This document shows, one piece after another, positions 1 to 12,166 of a stretch of 64,000 nt of DNA; positions within the stretch are counted from its first letter, which is position 1; each line of letters opens with the position of its first letter. The notes beneath the pieces were generated by a model. That model did no database searches, was not told the origin of the DNA, and saw only the letters and a program-made list of their open reading frames with translations. The position numbers and the translations under genes were made by a program. Source of the stretch: Azolla caroliniana (taxonomy: Eukaryota; Plantae; Polypodiophyta); the NCBI GenBank assembly GCA_043228905.1, contig JBHGNT010000003.1, positions 10,850,001 to 10,914,000 on the forward strand, written 5' to 3'.

Positions 1-727
1 ATAAAAAACATTAAAATTCATAAAAAAATTTGAAGACCTTAGAAAATACCAAAAAGTCATGTGATATTTTATAAACATGAATAACAAGAGTATGAAACTA
101 AAAAGAAAAATATGGGTAATTAAACACATGATCTTGTTTGACTCAACATACAATCCACTACATCATCCTCCATAGCAATATCTTGCATGTCTATATCCAA
201 GTTATTATATGCTTCACTGAAATCTTTAGGTAGTGAAATATTTGTCTCATTAAGAACATCCAACCACGACCTAATGCACATTTCAGCCTTGAAAGTGCAC
301 GAGTGCAAACAAATTATATCTTGAAAGTTATACTTTGCTTCAGAATTAGCCTCCTGTGATGACACTAATGATGTTGACCTATTGTTAAATAGTTACAAGC
401 CATCTTGTACATTCGAGGTAAAGCAAACCTAGTCTAAATGTAATCAAACATTTTGAAACTAGTTTTGCACAAAATTAAAGAAAAATGTCAAATCTATAAT
501 TAACAAATGTAAAGAAAACTTGTTGTTGAATCACCATTAAAGTGGATCCGTATCAGTTTTTGCTCGAGGAAATCTCATAAATTGTTCCATTTCTAATTGT
601 GAAGAAGACATTGATTCTTGAGAAGGTTTATTGACACCTAAGACTTCCCAAATGTCCTCCTGTTTTGTAAGATCTCTAACACATGTTTCATCAATAGAGT
701 TCGTAACATCAACAACATACTTTTCTT

Positions 728-1261
728 TAACAATCTGCAACGGTTCGGTTTGAACCGAACTAAACTGCGAAACTGCGGCTTAACGGCTTAACGATTTCAA
801 CGGTTTGGTTCAAGTTTAGGTTTTTTTAAACGGTTCGGTTCGGTTTCAACAGTCAAAAACCACAGTTTAAACGGTTTAACAGTTTTTAATTTTTAATTTT
901 TAATTTTTAATTTTTTAAAGTTTTTTTAAAAAAAATTTAAAAAGTTTTAAAAAGTTCTAAAAAATTTTAAAATTTGTTTCTAAACAATCTTTTCATTTTT
1001 ACACCTTATTCTCACATTTTAGGAACATCTTAAAAGTTTTAAAAATTCTAAATAATGAAATATTATAAATTTTAAAAAATTAAAAATTTGACCTATGTGG
1101 AAAACCGAAACCGAACCACGAAACCACGGTTTTTACGGTTTAATGGTTTAATGGTTTAATGGTTTAATGGTTTAATGGTTTAATGGTTTCGTGGTTCGGT
1201 TCGGTTCGGTTCGGTTCGGTTTGGACACTCTCAAACCGAACTGAACCATTGCCGATTGTTA
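728..1261. mobile_element. Non-autonomous hAT-type MITE
   Basis: TIRs TAACAATCTGCAACGGTTC / GAACCATTGCCGATTGTTA; perfect 8-bp TSD CTTTTCTT (720-727, 1262-1269); many GGTT/AACC subterminal motifs; (GGTTTAAT)n array near 1137-1188. Confidence 0.85.
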
Positions 1262-1543
1262 CTTTTCTTCCAATACTTTGTGAAGCAAATCAATATCCAA
1301 ATTCCTCTCAATTGTGTTATTCGGTATTGGAATTTTGAAAACACATATGAAGATGAATGACATTATGTATGAGAAAAAAATTAGTAGTAAATTTGTTATG
1401 TATGAGAAAAACTATTAATATAGTGACATATCGTGGATCGAGAAAGGTTGCAATTCGAGAAAGTATGGACTTCAATGATTCTTGGTATCTGTTGGGAGAC
1501 AGGTCCCTCCGCATGGGAAGGGAGAAGATCAGTGACGATCAGG

Positions 1544-2217
1544 TCCCATATGCCTCTGCCGTCAGGAGCTTGATGTACGCAATGGTTTGTACCCGACCGG
1601 ACATTGGATACGCAGTCGGAGTGGTGAGCCAGTTTATGAGCAATCCCGGCAAGGAGCACTGGAACGCGGTCAAGTGGATACTCCGGTATTTGAAGGGCAC
1701 TTCAAATATGTGTCTCCGATTCGGCTCCGGAAAACCTCAACTGGACGGTTTCACCGATTCGGACATGTCGGCTGATGTGGATACCAGCCGGTCTACATCC
1801 GGGTATGTGATGACATATGCAGGGGGAGCTGTTTCGTGGCAGTCGAGGCTGCAGAAGACGGTTGCATTGTCAACCACAGAGGCGGAGTACATGGCGGCTG
1901 TGGAAGCCGGCAAGGAAATATTATGGATGAAGGACTTCATCGGAGAGCTCGGTATCCGGCAAGAGGAATACCGACTCTACTGCGACAGTCAAAGTGCCAT
2001 CCACCTTGCTAAGAATGCGGCCTACCATTCCCGGACGAAGCATATCCAGCGGAGGTATCACTGGATCCGGGAAAGAGTAGATGACCAGGAGTTCGCACTA
2101 ACGAAGATCCACAGGGCCGAGAACGGGTCAGATATGCTGACCAAAGTGTTGACACCCGACAAGCTGGATGCATGCCGGAAGAGGATCGGACTGGTAAGAC
2201 ACCCCATGCCGAAGTGA
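1544..2217 (+). pseudogene. Duplicate of Copia RT C-terminus and RNase H
   Basis: Near-identical to 6364-7037 (PYASAV.SLMYAMVCTRPD ... VRHPMP). Confidence 0.9.
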
Positions 2218-2227
2218 AGGGGGAGTT

Positions 2228-2967
2228 TGTTGGGAGACAGGTCTCTCCGAATGGGAAGGGAGAAGATCAGTGACGATGAACCGGATGAGGAGTACCCGGC
2301 TACGGAGAGCCGGATGGTGCAGGCCCGGTATGAACCGGATGAGGAGTACCCGACTACGGAGAGCCGGATGGTGCAGGCCCGGTATGAACCGGATGAGGAG
2401 TACTCGGCTACGGAGAGCCGGATGGTGCAGGCCCGGTATGAACCGGATGAGGAGTACTCGGCTACGGAGAGCCGGATGGTACAGGCCCGGTATGAACCAG
2501 ATGAAGAGACATATTCGTAAATATGTTTCGGAGAGCCCATCGAGGCTACTTTTGTAAATAGCCAAAAAGTCATATTAGTATAAATATGACTTAGGGCAAA
2601 CTTTTAGGAACTGTTGGACGTTGTCATTTTCTTGTTGGTGCAAGAAGTGAGGGTGTGTAAAAGTGTACAGGTTGAGAGAGAGAGAGAGAACGAGGTCGTT
2701 GCCTCTGTTGTAACCGCCGCCTGTGGCGAAGATCGTGAGCACGAGGTCGTTGCCTCCGTGAACTCACTGTTTTGTACATTCATACATAGTGACAGTTTGC
2801 AGCCTGTGGGCTGCCGTGGTTTTTCCCCTAGTTTGGGGTTTTCCACGTAAACCTCATGTGTACCATTTCTCTTCTTTGTGTCGCGTTTCATTACCTGTTT
2901 TTCTGTGTATGAAAAGAATCTCGGTTGTGGTCGAGCCTTGCGCATAAGGAACGTCGAGTTCCTGTCA
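2228..2967 (+). repeat. Copia LTR (740 bp) with a 54-bp tandem array in U3
   Basis: TG...CA ends; four 54-bp units plus a partial unit at about 2277-2505; TATAAAT at 2578. Confidence 0.95.
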
Positions 2968-2997
2968 AGTGGTATCAGAGCGAAATCGACACAGAAA

Positions 2998-5900
2998 ATG
3001 GACGAATCGTTTGGCGGCATGTTCAAGCTCACCGGCTCCAACTATTCAGTGTGGAAGTCGAAGATGAGGGACATGCTCGTTGTTAAAGACCTCTGGCTGC
3101 CGGTTAAGTTCGGGGACAAGAGACCGGACAAAATCGACGCCGTGATATGGGAGGTGATGCACATGAAGAAAAAGGAGTACATACGGTGCTTCATCGACAT
3201 GAGCCTATACAACAACTTCAATGAAGAGAGGAAGGCTCATGAGCTCTAGGAGAAGATCGGCATAATGTTCCAGAACAAAAATGCTGTCAATCAGGTGTCG
3301 GTATTCCGGAAGCTAGTAAGACTCCGGTACCAAGATGGCTCCAGCATGGCGGAGCACATGAATGCCTTCCAGGGGCTGATACACCAGGCAACGTCATTGG
3401 AAGTACCTCTTGCCGATGAGGTACTAGTGCTACTCCTGCTCGGTTCCCTCCCGGATAGCTGGGAGACGTTGGTTGTCACTTTGGGCAATGCCGGGCCGGA
3501 AGGAAAACGGTTATCCCTAGCAAGAGTAAAGTCGAGCTTGCTAGATGAGGAGCCGCGTCGGAAAGACAAAGATACGAGCTCCGACTCCAAAGCGCTCCTT
3601 ACCGAATCGGAACGCGGAAGACAGAGAAACCATAGTCCCCAAAACCGGGAGAAGTCGGGGACACGGTCAAAGTCAAGGGGGAGACCTACTTGCTTCTATT
3701 GCGGCAAGCCGGGACACTTCCAAAAGAACTGTCGGCATTTCCGTAAAGACAAGGAAACCGACGGTACCGATTCGAAGCGGACCCGGGACCGGAACGGTAA
3801 AGACCGGAAGGGGACGGACCGGAAGGGAACGACGGCAATCGCGGCAAGTGAAGAAGAGTTGATGCTCATCACCGAGGAGTGTGAGATAAACCTTGCCGGC
3901 GAGGAGATGACCTAGGTGGTAGACTCCGGAGCATCGTTCCACCTTACCCCGAACCGGAAATGCTTCTCATCCTACTCAGCCGGTGATCACAGCTGTGTCC
4001 GGATGGGGAACGAAGGTACATGCCGAATTGTCGGCATAGGAGACGTGTGGCTGTCAACACCAACCGGATGCAAGTTGCTGCTGAAGGATGTCCGACACGT
4101 TCCGGAAGTTCGTCTGAACCTGATATCAGCCGGTCCGCTAGATGATGAAGGCTACACGGGTAGCATCCGGAATGGTGTCATGAAGTTCAGCAAAAGGAGC
4201 CTGATTGTGGCTCGGGCCCGGAAGGTAAACACATTGTACCTGATGAATGCCCGGTTATGTCCGGAAGAAGTGAACGTGGCATCCGACACTGCCGGTGAGC
4301 TATGGCGCAAGAGGCTGTGTCATATGAGTGAGAAGGGGATGAAGAGGCTTGCAGAAGACAACCACATTCCAGTGAAGAACGTGCACTTAGAGAAGTGCAC
4401 TGATTGTCTGGCCGGTAAGCAGAACCGGACCTCCTTCCGACCAAGGCCACCGATGAGACGTAATGAACCACTAGAGACACGGATGTGTGTCAAGTAGACA
4501 CGAAGTCACATGCCGGAACGCAGTACTTCGTGACGTTCATAGATGACCACAGCCGGAAGCTGTGGGCCACACCGTTGAAGACAAAGGATCAGGTGTTATC
4601 CGTCTTCAAAGAGCTCCACGCGAGAGTGGAAAGAGAAACCGGCCGGAAGCTGAAGGCGGTTCGAGCAGATAACGGAGGAGAATACCCGGGGCAGTTCGAG
4701 GAGTACTGCCGCTCGAAGGGAATCCGGCTCGAATTTACTGTGCCGAAGACGCCGGAACTAAAGGGGCTGGCCGAGAGGATGAACCAGACCATAATGGAGA
4801 GGGTCCGGAGTATGCTAGCGCATGCAAAACTACCCAAGAAGTTTTGGGCTAAGGCACTGTCGACGACGACATATGTGATAAACAGATCACCCTTAGTACC
4901 CTTGCACGGAGACACGCCACAGAGAGTATGGACCGGTAAGGAAATGTCCTACCGGCATCTAAGGGTGTTCGGGTGTCTCGCGTACGTGCATGTAGCAAAG
5001 GACCGGAGAGGAAAGTTAGATCCAAAGACCCGGCCATGCATATTCCTCGGTTACAGTGACGATGAGTTCGGCTACCGAGTGTGGGACCCGGTCGACAAGA
5101 AGGTATTCCGGAGTCGAGATATTATCTTCATGGAGGACAAGACGCTCACCGATTGGGAGTCGGAGAAGAAGATAATGAACTCTGAGTCGACCGGTAAGGA
5201 TAGACTCTACGATGAGCAGACCCAACCGGCAAGAGACCGGTTAGCACTCGAGGAACCAGCCGGTTACGGTGAGGATACCGAACCGGCAGAAGAAGAAGTA
5301 GAGGAAGCTGAGACCGGAACCGGCCAAGACCCCGAATCGGATTCGGATGAAGAGCAAATGGAGGAGCCGGTTACCGAAGCCCGAAGACGTAGATATCCTC
5401 TCAGAGAGAGAAGGGCCCCCCGGAGATTTCCAGATGCAAAGCATGTTCTGTTGACCGATGAGGGGGAGCCGGAAAGCTTCGAAGAAGTGAAGGAAGACAC
5501 CCACAGCCGAAAATGGTTAAGTGCCATGGAGGACGAGATGGATTCCCTGCATGAGAACCATACATACGAATTGGTGGAGTTGCCGAAAGGAAAGCGGGCA
5601 CTCCGAAACAAGTGGGTGTACAAGTTGAAACCGGGAGATGCCGGCAACCCCCCGAGATACAAAGCCAGGATCGTGGTGAAGGGGTTCCAGCAGAAGAAGG
5701 GCGTGGACTTCGACGAGATATTTGCCCCGGTAATAAAGATGACCTCCATCCGGATGGTGTTGAGTAGAGCAGCAAGCATGGACCTCGAGGTAGAGCAGCT
5801 GGACGTGAAGACGACATTCCTTCACGGCGACCTCGAAGAGGAGATCTACATGCAGCAACCGGAAGGATTTGTGGAGAAAGGGAAGGAGCACCTGGCATGC

Positions 5901-7037
5901 CGGTTGAAGAAGAGCCTGTACGGACTGAAGCAGGCTCCCCGGCAATGGTACCGGAAGTTCGACTCCTTCATGACCGATCAAGGGTACCACAAGACACAGG
6001 CCGATCACTGTGTGTTTGTGAAGAAGTTCGAAGGAGGCGACTTCTTAATACTCCTCCTATACGTGGATGACATGTTGATCGTCGGACGTGACCAAGTCAA
6101 AATACGGATGCTGAAGAAGGCTCTAAACCGGACCTTCTCAATGAAAGACTTGGGTCCGGCAAGACAGATGTTGGGGATGCACATCATTCGGGACCGGTTA
6201 AAGAAGCAACTATGGTTGTCACAGGAGAAGTATGTGACAAAGGTGCTTCACCGGTTCAACATGTCAGAAGCGAAACCGATCGGATCGACACTTCCGGCAA
6301 ACTGCAGGCTATCCGGTAAGCAAAGCCCGAAGACGAAAGCAGAGAAGGCGGATATGATGAAGATCCCATATGCCTCTGCCATCGGGAGCTTGATGTACGC
6401 AATGGTTTGTACCCGACCGGACATTGGATACGCAGTCGGAGTGGTGAGCCGGTTTATGAGCAATCCCGGCAAGGAGCACTGGAACGCGGTCAAGTGGATA
6501 CTCCGGTATTTGAAGGGCACTTCAAATATGTGTCTCCGATTCGGCTCCGGAAAACCTCAACTGGACGGTTTCACCGATTCGGACATGTCGGCTGATGTGG
6601 ATACCAGCCGGTCTACATCCGGGTATGTGATGACATATGCAGGGGGAGCTATTTCGTGGCAGTCGAGGCTGCAGAAGACGGTTGCATTGTCAACCACAGA
6701 GGCGGAGTACATGGCGGCTGTGGAAGCCGGCAAGGAAATATTATGGATGAAGGACTTCATCGGAGAGCTCGGTATCCGGCAAGAGGAATACCGACTCTAC
6801 TGCGGCAGTCAAAGTGCTATCCACCTTGCTAAGAATGCGGCCTACCATTCCCGGACGAAGCATATCCAGCGGAGGTATCACTGGATCCGGGAAAGAGTAG
6901 ATGACCAGGAGTTCGCACTAACGAAGATCCACAGGGCCGAGAACGGGTCAGATATGTTGACCAAAGTGCTGACACCCGACAAGCTGGACGCATGCCGGAA
7001 GAGGATCGGACTGGTAAGACACCCCATGCCGGAGTGA
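2998..7037 (+). pseudogene. Copia gag-pol (gag, zinc knuckle, protease, integrase, RT, RNase H), disrupted
   Basis: CFYCGKPGHFQKNC, VDSGAS, VRADNGGEY, LLYVDDMLI, FTDSD motifs in Copia domain order; in-frame TAG stops at about 3247 and 3913 and a frameshift near 4490. Confidence 0.93.
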
Positions 7038-7047
7038 AGGGGGAGTT

Positions 7048-7733
7048 TGTTGGGAGACAGGTCCCTCCGGATGGGAAGGGAGAAGATCAGTGACGATGAA
7101 CCGGATGAGGAGTACCCGGCTACGGAGAGCCGGATGGTGCAGGCCCGGTATGAACCGGATGAGGAGTACCCGACTACGGAGAGCCGGATGGTGCAGGCCC
7201 GGTATGAACCGGATGAGGAGTACTCGGCTACGGAGAGCCGGATGGTACAGGCCCGGTATGAACCGGATGAAGAGACATATTCGTAAATATGTTTCTGAGA
7301 GCCCATCGAGGCTACTTTTGTAGATAGCCGAAAAGTCATATTAGTATAAATATGACTTAGGGCAAACTTTTAGGAACTGTTGGACGTTGTCATTTTCTTG
7401 TTGGTGCAAGAAGTGAGAGTGTGTAACAATGTACAGGTTGAGAGAGAGAGAGAGAACGAGGTCGTTGCCTCTGTTGTAACCGCCGCCTGTGGCGAAGATC
7501 GTGAGCACGAGGTCGTTGCCTCCGTGAACTCACTGTTTTGTACATTCATACATAGTGACAGTTTGCAGCCTGTGGGCTACCGTGGTTTTTCCCCTAGTTT
7601 GGGGTTTTCCACGTAAACCTCATGTGTACCATTTCTCTTCTTTGTGTTGCGTTTCATTACCTGTTTTTCTGTGTATGAAAAGAATCTCGGTTGTGGCCGA
7701 GTCTTGCGCATAAGGAACGTCCAGTTCCTGTCA
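7048..7733 (+). repeat. Copia 3' LTR (686 bp)
   Basis: Matches 2228-2967 but has one fewer 54-bp unit. Confidence 0.95.
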
Positions 7734-7900
7734 GTATCTTATCAAATATTGTAAACATTTATCATTGTAACAAATAGTGTGCGGAAGCTTAGACAAATTG
7801 GCTCAGCCGGATAGTAACAGAAACAGGATCGAGGTTTAATCGAAGCGTAAACACACACAGAATATGAGAGACCACAAGAGATAGATAGATAGATAGATAG

Positions 7901-8017
7901 ATTATATTATCGTCTTCGGAGGTCAAACATGACCTATGAGACCAAAAGTATTACATTTCACGTGATACTTGTGAAGGTGAGTAGCGACTCTCAATGTTCA
8001 AGAACTTTACCAATGAA
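7901..8017 (-). mobile_element. Short 3' fragment of a LINE-like element inside a (GA)/(GATA) tract of the LTR
   Basis: Roughly 85-90% identical by eye to 48894-49009; flanked by (GATA)n and (GA)n. Confidence 0.6.
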
Positions 8018-8130
8018 GGTGAGAGAGAGAGAGAGAGAAAGTTGAACAACATAAACTCAAATTCAAAATATCACTCTATACATACATTGTGCTCAGCAAG
8101 CACTTTTATACAAGTCCATAAAGGACTGAC

Positions 8131-9049
8131 CAAGGTTGTTAGGTACATTAGATATGGTAGGGATACCATACATATATAACATATTAATACGCGTATAGTA
8201 CCTCCCAATTTAAAAACGCGTTAAATATGTTTTTTAATATGTTAAATATTTATAAAATACATATTTTACGTATAGTACGTTAAATACTACTAGAATTTGA
8301 AAATTATTTACCTTTCTAAAAAAATTTTGTAATATTCTAAAAAGCATCTAATGTTTACACAATTTTGTGATGTACATTATAGTTCGACATCATAAAATGC
8401 ATATAAGACATTTAAACATTTGACATCCTAAAATACATGTAATAATATGGATGTCGACATTCGCTTATTCTATAAATCAATTTTAAGTGTGTGTCACGAT
8501 TTTCTACTTCAAATTGTAATTATTTACGATTATGCCTTCATAGATTGAGGAATCATGTACGATTATCACACTCAGGATAGGTTTCTATCTTCTTTTCTCT
8601 CTTCTTCGTCTCCGTCTTCTTCTTCTTTTCCTATCTTCTCCGATTATTACACTCAGGAAAGGTTTCTCTCTTCTTCTTCTTCTTCTATTTTCTAAGATTA
8701 TACACTCAAAGTTAGGACAAGTTCTATCTTCTTTTCTCTCTTTCTTTTTCTTCTTCTTCTTCTATTTCTTCTTCTTCTTCTTCGTCATCGTCATCTCTTC
8801 TATTCTTCTTTCTTCCTTTTTTCTTCTTTTTCACTAAAATCTTTTTCTTCTTTTGCTTTTCGTTGGGGTTTTACTTACATTTTTTTATAAATACGTATTA
8901 TACCTGTTTTTTCAAATGTACGTTAAATACCGTATTGGACAAATGTACATGATAGTTGACTAAACAACATTGAGGTATAGTACTTACTATACAAATTATG
9001 AGCTATTATACATATTTAAACATTAAATACGCGTACGTAAACAACGTTG
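8131..9049. mobile_element. hAT-type non-autonomous element (MITE) inside the Copia LTR
   Basis: TIRs CAAGGTTGTT / AACAACGTTG; 8-bp TSD GGACTGAC / GGACTAAC. Removing it restores colinearity with the related LTR near 29100. CTT-rich interior. Confidence 0.75.
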
Positions 9050-11461
9050 GGACTAACGGAAGTACAGACAAGTACTTCAATGCTCTTATGAGAGACTGAC
9101 TCTAACTCCAAGAAATATGCCTACGTACTAGGCTACGACCATAGGCCTCTAACGGCCTAGTGGTTAAACTATGATCCGGCTCTCCTATCCGACTCTTGGT
9201 TTTGGATACCAATCTGGTTCTTCTTTCCGGATCCGGTTGAGCTTGTCCGCTCAACACTCCCCCTCAAGCTCAACTTGAGGTCAGATCGTTGTGTCTATTT
9301 TCGTCAATCGCTGATGTCGGCTTCTTCTAGCATCCCTACGCCTTGCTCGCACTCCTCGACCCGTCCGGTTTCGTTGCCCACGACCCATCCAATTATGTGC
9401 ACCTCGACCTTCTCAGTCGGGTTGTCTGCTCAAGAGGCCCATCTCAGCTCCTTTGTTGTTCTGAGCTCGGCGCTTCTCGACCCCTCAGTTCCTCCAAGTC
9501 GGCGTCAACTTCTACTGCCTTCTCGTCGGTTCCGCCTTCTGTTGATTCGGCTCCTCCGAATCGAACTCCTCTTCAGAATTGGTTGCCTCTAATTCGTTCC
9601 AGCTCTTGCCCGAATTGGTTGTCTCTAAATTGTTATCGCTAGGGCCGGACAATGGCCTAACACAGGGTGTCCCTTTCAAACAGTTCACCAAAGGGGTGTT
9701 GCAGTGAGATAAAGTTAGACCGACTATTAATGGAACCCTAATTGGTTACTAAGCAGCTAGATCATTAGTCACAATACACGCGTAGGATAAATTACACTTA
9801 GCACAAAACGGTAATTAACAATGATTAAGATACAGAACAACAACACTCTATTAATCTAACCGGGCCCTTTTATAGGTCTCCGGATTTAGGTACAAACCGG
9901 TGCCAATTGGCAACTAGCTACAAACCGGTCCAGATCCAGATCGGCATACCGATTCCGGCTCCGTCCATTCGCTTCTCAAAATAATAATTCTATATTATAA
10001 CTAATAAGCTCCCGGTTATTAATTATCCCCCTTTTCCCATTCTGGACTTCCCTAGCTGGCCGGCTAACACATGGCACGCCCGTGGGATAGTACCTTGTAG
10101 ATCGAATCCCATAATCCGGCCTTCATTCATCCTCCATAATGTCCAGAATGTTTTGATCTAAGGGTTCCAATGGTTCCTCAGGAAGCTGTTCTGTCATCTG
10201 TTGTTGTTGTTGTTCCTCCTCCTGTTGTTCCTGTAGTTGTGGCTGCTCTTTTTACCGCTCCAGCTCCAGCTGTGGCTGCTGCTGGTTGACGTCCGTTGCT
10301 TGCGGCTCCGTCGGTCTGACCGGCTCTGTCTCCATTTCCCGTTTTGAAGTTGTTTTGGGGGTTGATTCTGTCGATCTGCCCCTCTTTCTTTGTTACATGG
10401 GCTCCACCGGTGGTGCTAACAAAGTGAGCCATTGCGCCACTGCTGTCCACATCTTTTTGCCATCTTTTATATAGACAATGCAGTGCTCAGGCCGTCGGCA
10501 ATCATTATAAGCCAGTCCACCTGTACTCCCTCGTAGGTGGCTATGATCAACACGGCTCTATTCCTAGGCATCACCGGTGATCGGGGGTATACATGGCCAT
10601 ACTCGTGGAGTTCCTGAGCAATTTCCCGAAACAAGAGGTCTTCACCGCCTTGCATGCGGTATGCCTTGCAGCCCAGGTTTTCTTTCTCCATGCGTGGCTC
10701 CTTTTCTTGATTCCTACGCATGCACGTCTTGTACTAATATGGCAGTCAGTTGGCACGTGGTGCGTTTTTTAAAAGCGCTTTAATTAGCCACCCACCACAC
10801 CTTTTCAAACTGCCCATTCGCTCCTCGCCTTTGCATGATGACTTTTCTTTTTCTTTTCTTTTTTTCTTTTTTTCACTTTTTTCTTTTTTTTCAAATTGAG
10901 TTTTAGTTAACCGGAAGCACCGGGTCCATATCCCGGTTTTTCCCCATATTCACGTTTGCCAGCCACCTGTTTGTCGTTATCCGGTAACGCCGGCTCCGCC
11001 TAACTATCGGGTACTTTTTTCCTGCTTCCTATTGTTGTATCAGCCTCCGTCTGCTCGAACGGATTCTGTGGCACGGGTCCACAATATGGTTTGAGTCGGA
11101 ACCCATTGACCCATTTGCCCATTATCTCACCGGCAAGCGTTCCGAGCTGGTATGAACCATTGAATTCCCACGTTATCCAATATGATCCAGTCCACCAGAA
11201 CCGTAGCTTTCTCGACATCTGACCCATCTAGGTCTGGAACACGAGTACCGGCTTACCGATCCCGAACATCTTCTCATTGCCCTTCCGGTGCCGATCGACA
11301 AACGTCTTCCTTCATCGATGCTTCAACACCAACTACATGAGACTCGCTATCTGATGCTCCTCGAGTTCGCATAATGCGGCTAACTAGATTTTTTCCGATT
11401 CCTTTTCACTTAGTCGTTCTCTAACTTGTATTCGCAAACTCGGAACCTGAAATTCAACCGG

Positions 11462-12052
11462 CGTCGTGAAGAAAACCGGCCATAGGCGGAATCAGAGAAA
11501 GAGGCGCATGAACCGACTCTTACACAGATGGACGCGTGAATTGATATTTGGGTCGGCTGATGTAAATACTAGGTAGTATACATTTATTAGGGGATTGTGC
11601 GTATCTCTGTCGAAAGGGACAACGAATAAAGCGGTTTGACTAGGGAGAAAAGGGGCACCCCCTTTCGGGGAACTATTTAAGGAGGATCCAGAAGGAAGAA
11701 AGGGGGATCGCGCGTTGGCGAGGACGAAGTGTTGCTGCAGAACTGAGTGCCGAGCTCTCTCCTCTCCTCCGATCGTCGGTCTCTGTGGGTCGGGAGTTCA
11801 CTGCCTCTCCTTCGTGGACAGCCCGTGCGCTTCCAGCAGAGGCTCTCCCCTTTTTGTTTCTTTGAGTCGAGTGTGTCCTGTCTGTGTGCATGAGTAGGAT
11901 CCCCATGTCGGGTCCATCGCCGCCTTGCCGGTTGTAATCGTCAGAGTTTGCAATCTCTGGATATTGTAATCGACTGTCACTGTAATTAAGTGTGTCGTTT
12001 GTTTCTCTTTCCTTCTCCCTGTTGCGTATCTGCAAGGCTTCTCTTCTCTTCT

Positions 12053-12106
<54 letters not shown>

Positions 12107-12166
12107 TCGGTTCAAGGCCCCCGTGGTCCCGCCTCTTTCTACACGCACACGAGTAACAACGCGACA
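11462..12166 (+). mobile_element. Solo LTR with 4-bp TSD CCGG
   Basis: (C)GTCGTGAAGA...GTAACAACGCGACA; CCGG at 11458-11461 and 12167-12170; removing it restores host integrase AVMPVEFQ; its last ~45 nt match the LTR at 30204. Confidence 0.85.

Larger units (their letters stand above)
1490..7733 (+). mobile_element. Ty1/Copia retrotransposon with three-LTR structure
   Basis: TSD GTATC (1485-1489, 7734-7738). Layout: LTR stub 1490-1539, duplicated RT/RNaseH piece, full LTR 2228-2967, PBS TGGTATCAGAGC 2970-2981 (tRNA-iMet), gag-pol, PPT GAAGGGGGAG, LTR 7048-7733. Confidence 0.95.
120..7765 (-). pseudogene. hAT-family transposase remnant (C-terminal part), in three pieces: 120-727, 1270-1484, 7739-7765
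   Basis: Minus-strand translation gives hAT-like motifs: IATFLDPRY; LEMEQFMRFP..DPL*W*; PRMYKMACNYLTI; VSSQEANSEAKY..TFKAEMCIRSW (dimerisation domain-like). The reading frame joins across the Copia TSD (KCLQYLIRY|QESLKS). Confidence 0.7.

Noticed and set aside
1357-2217. 286-aa ORF as a novel fusion gene
   Set aside because: Chance read-through of antisense hAT sequence, LTR stub and RT/RNase H; non-ATG-context evidence lacking and no promoter seen.
2277-2505. 54-bp, 37-bp (44860) and 83-bp (51189) arrays as CRISPR
   Set aside because: Head-to-tail units without unique spacers, inside retrotransposons, and no cas genes.
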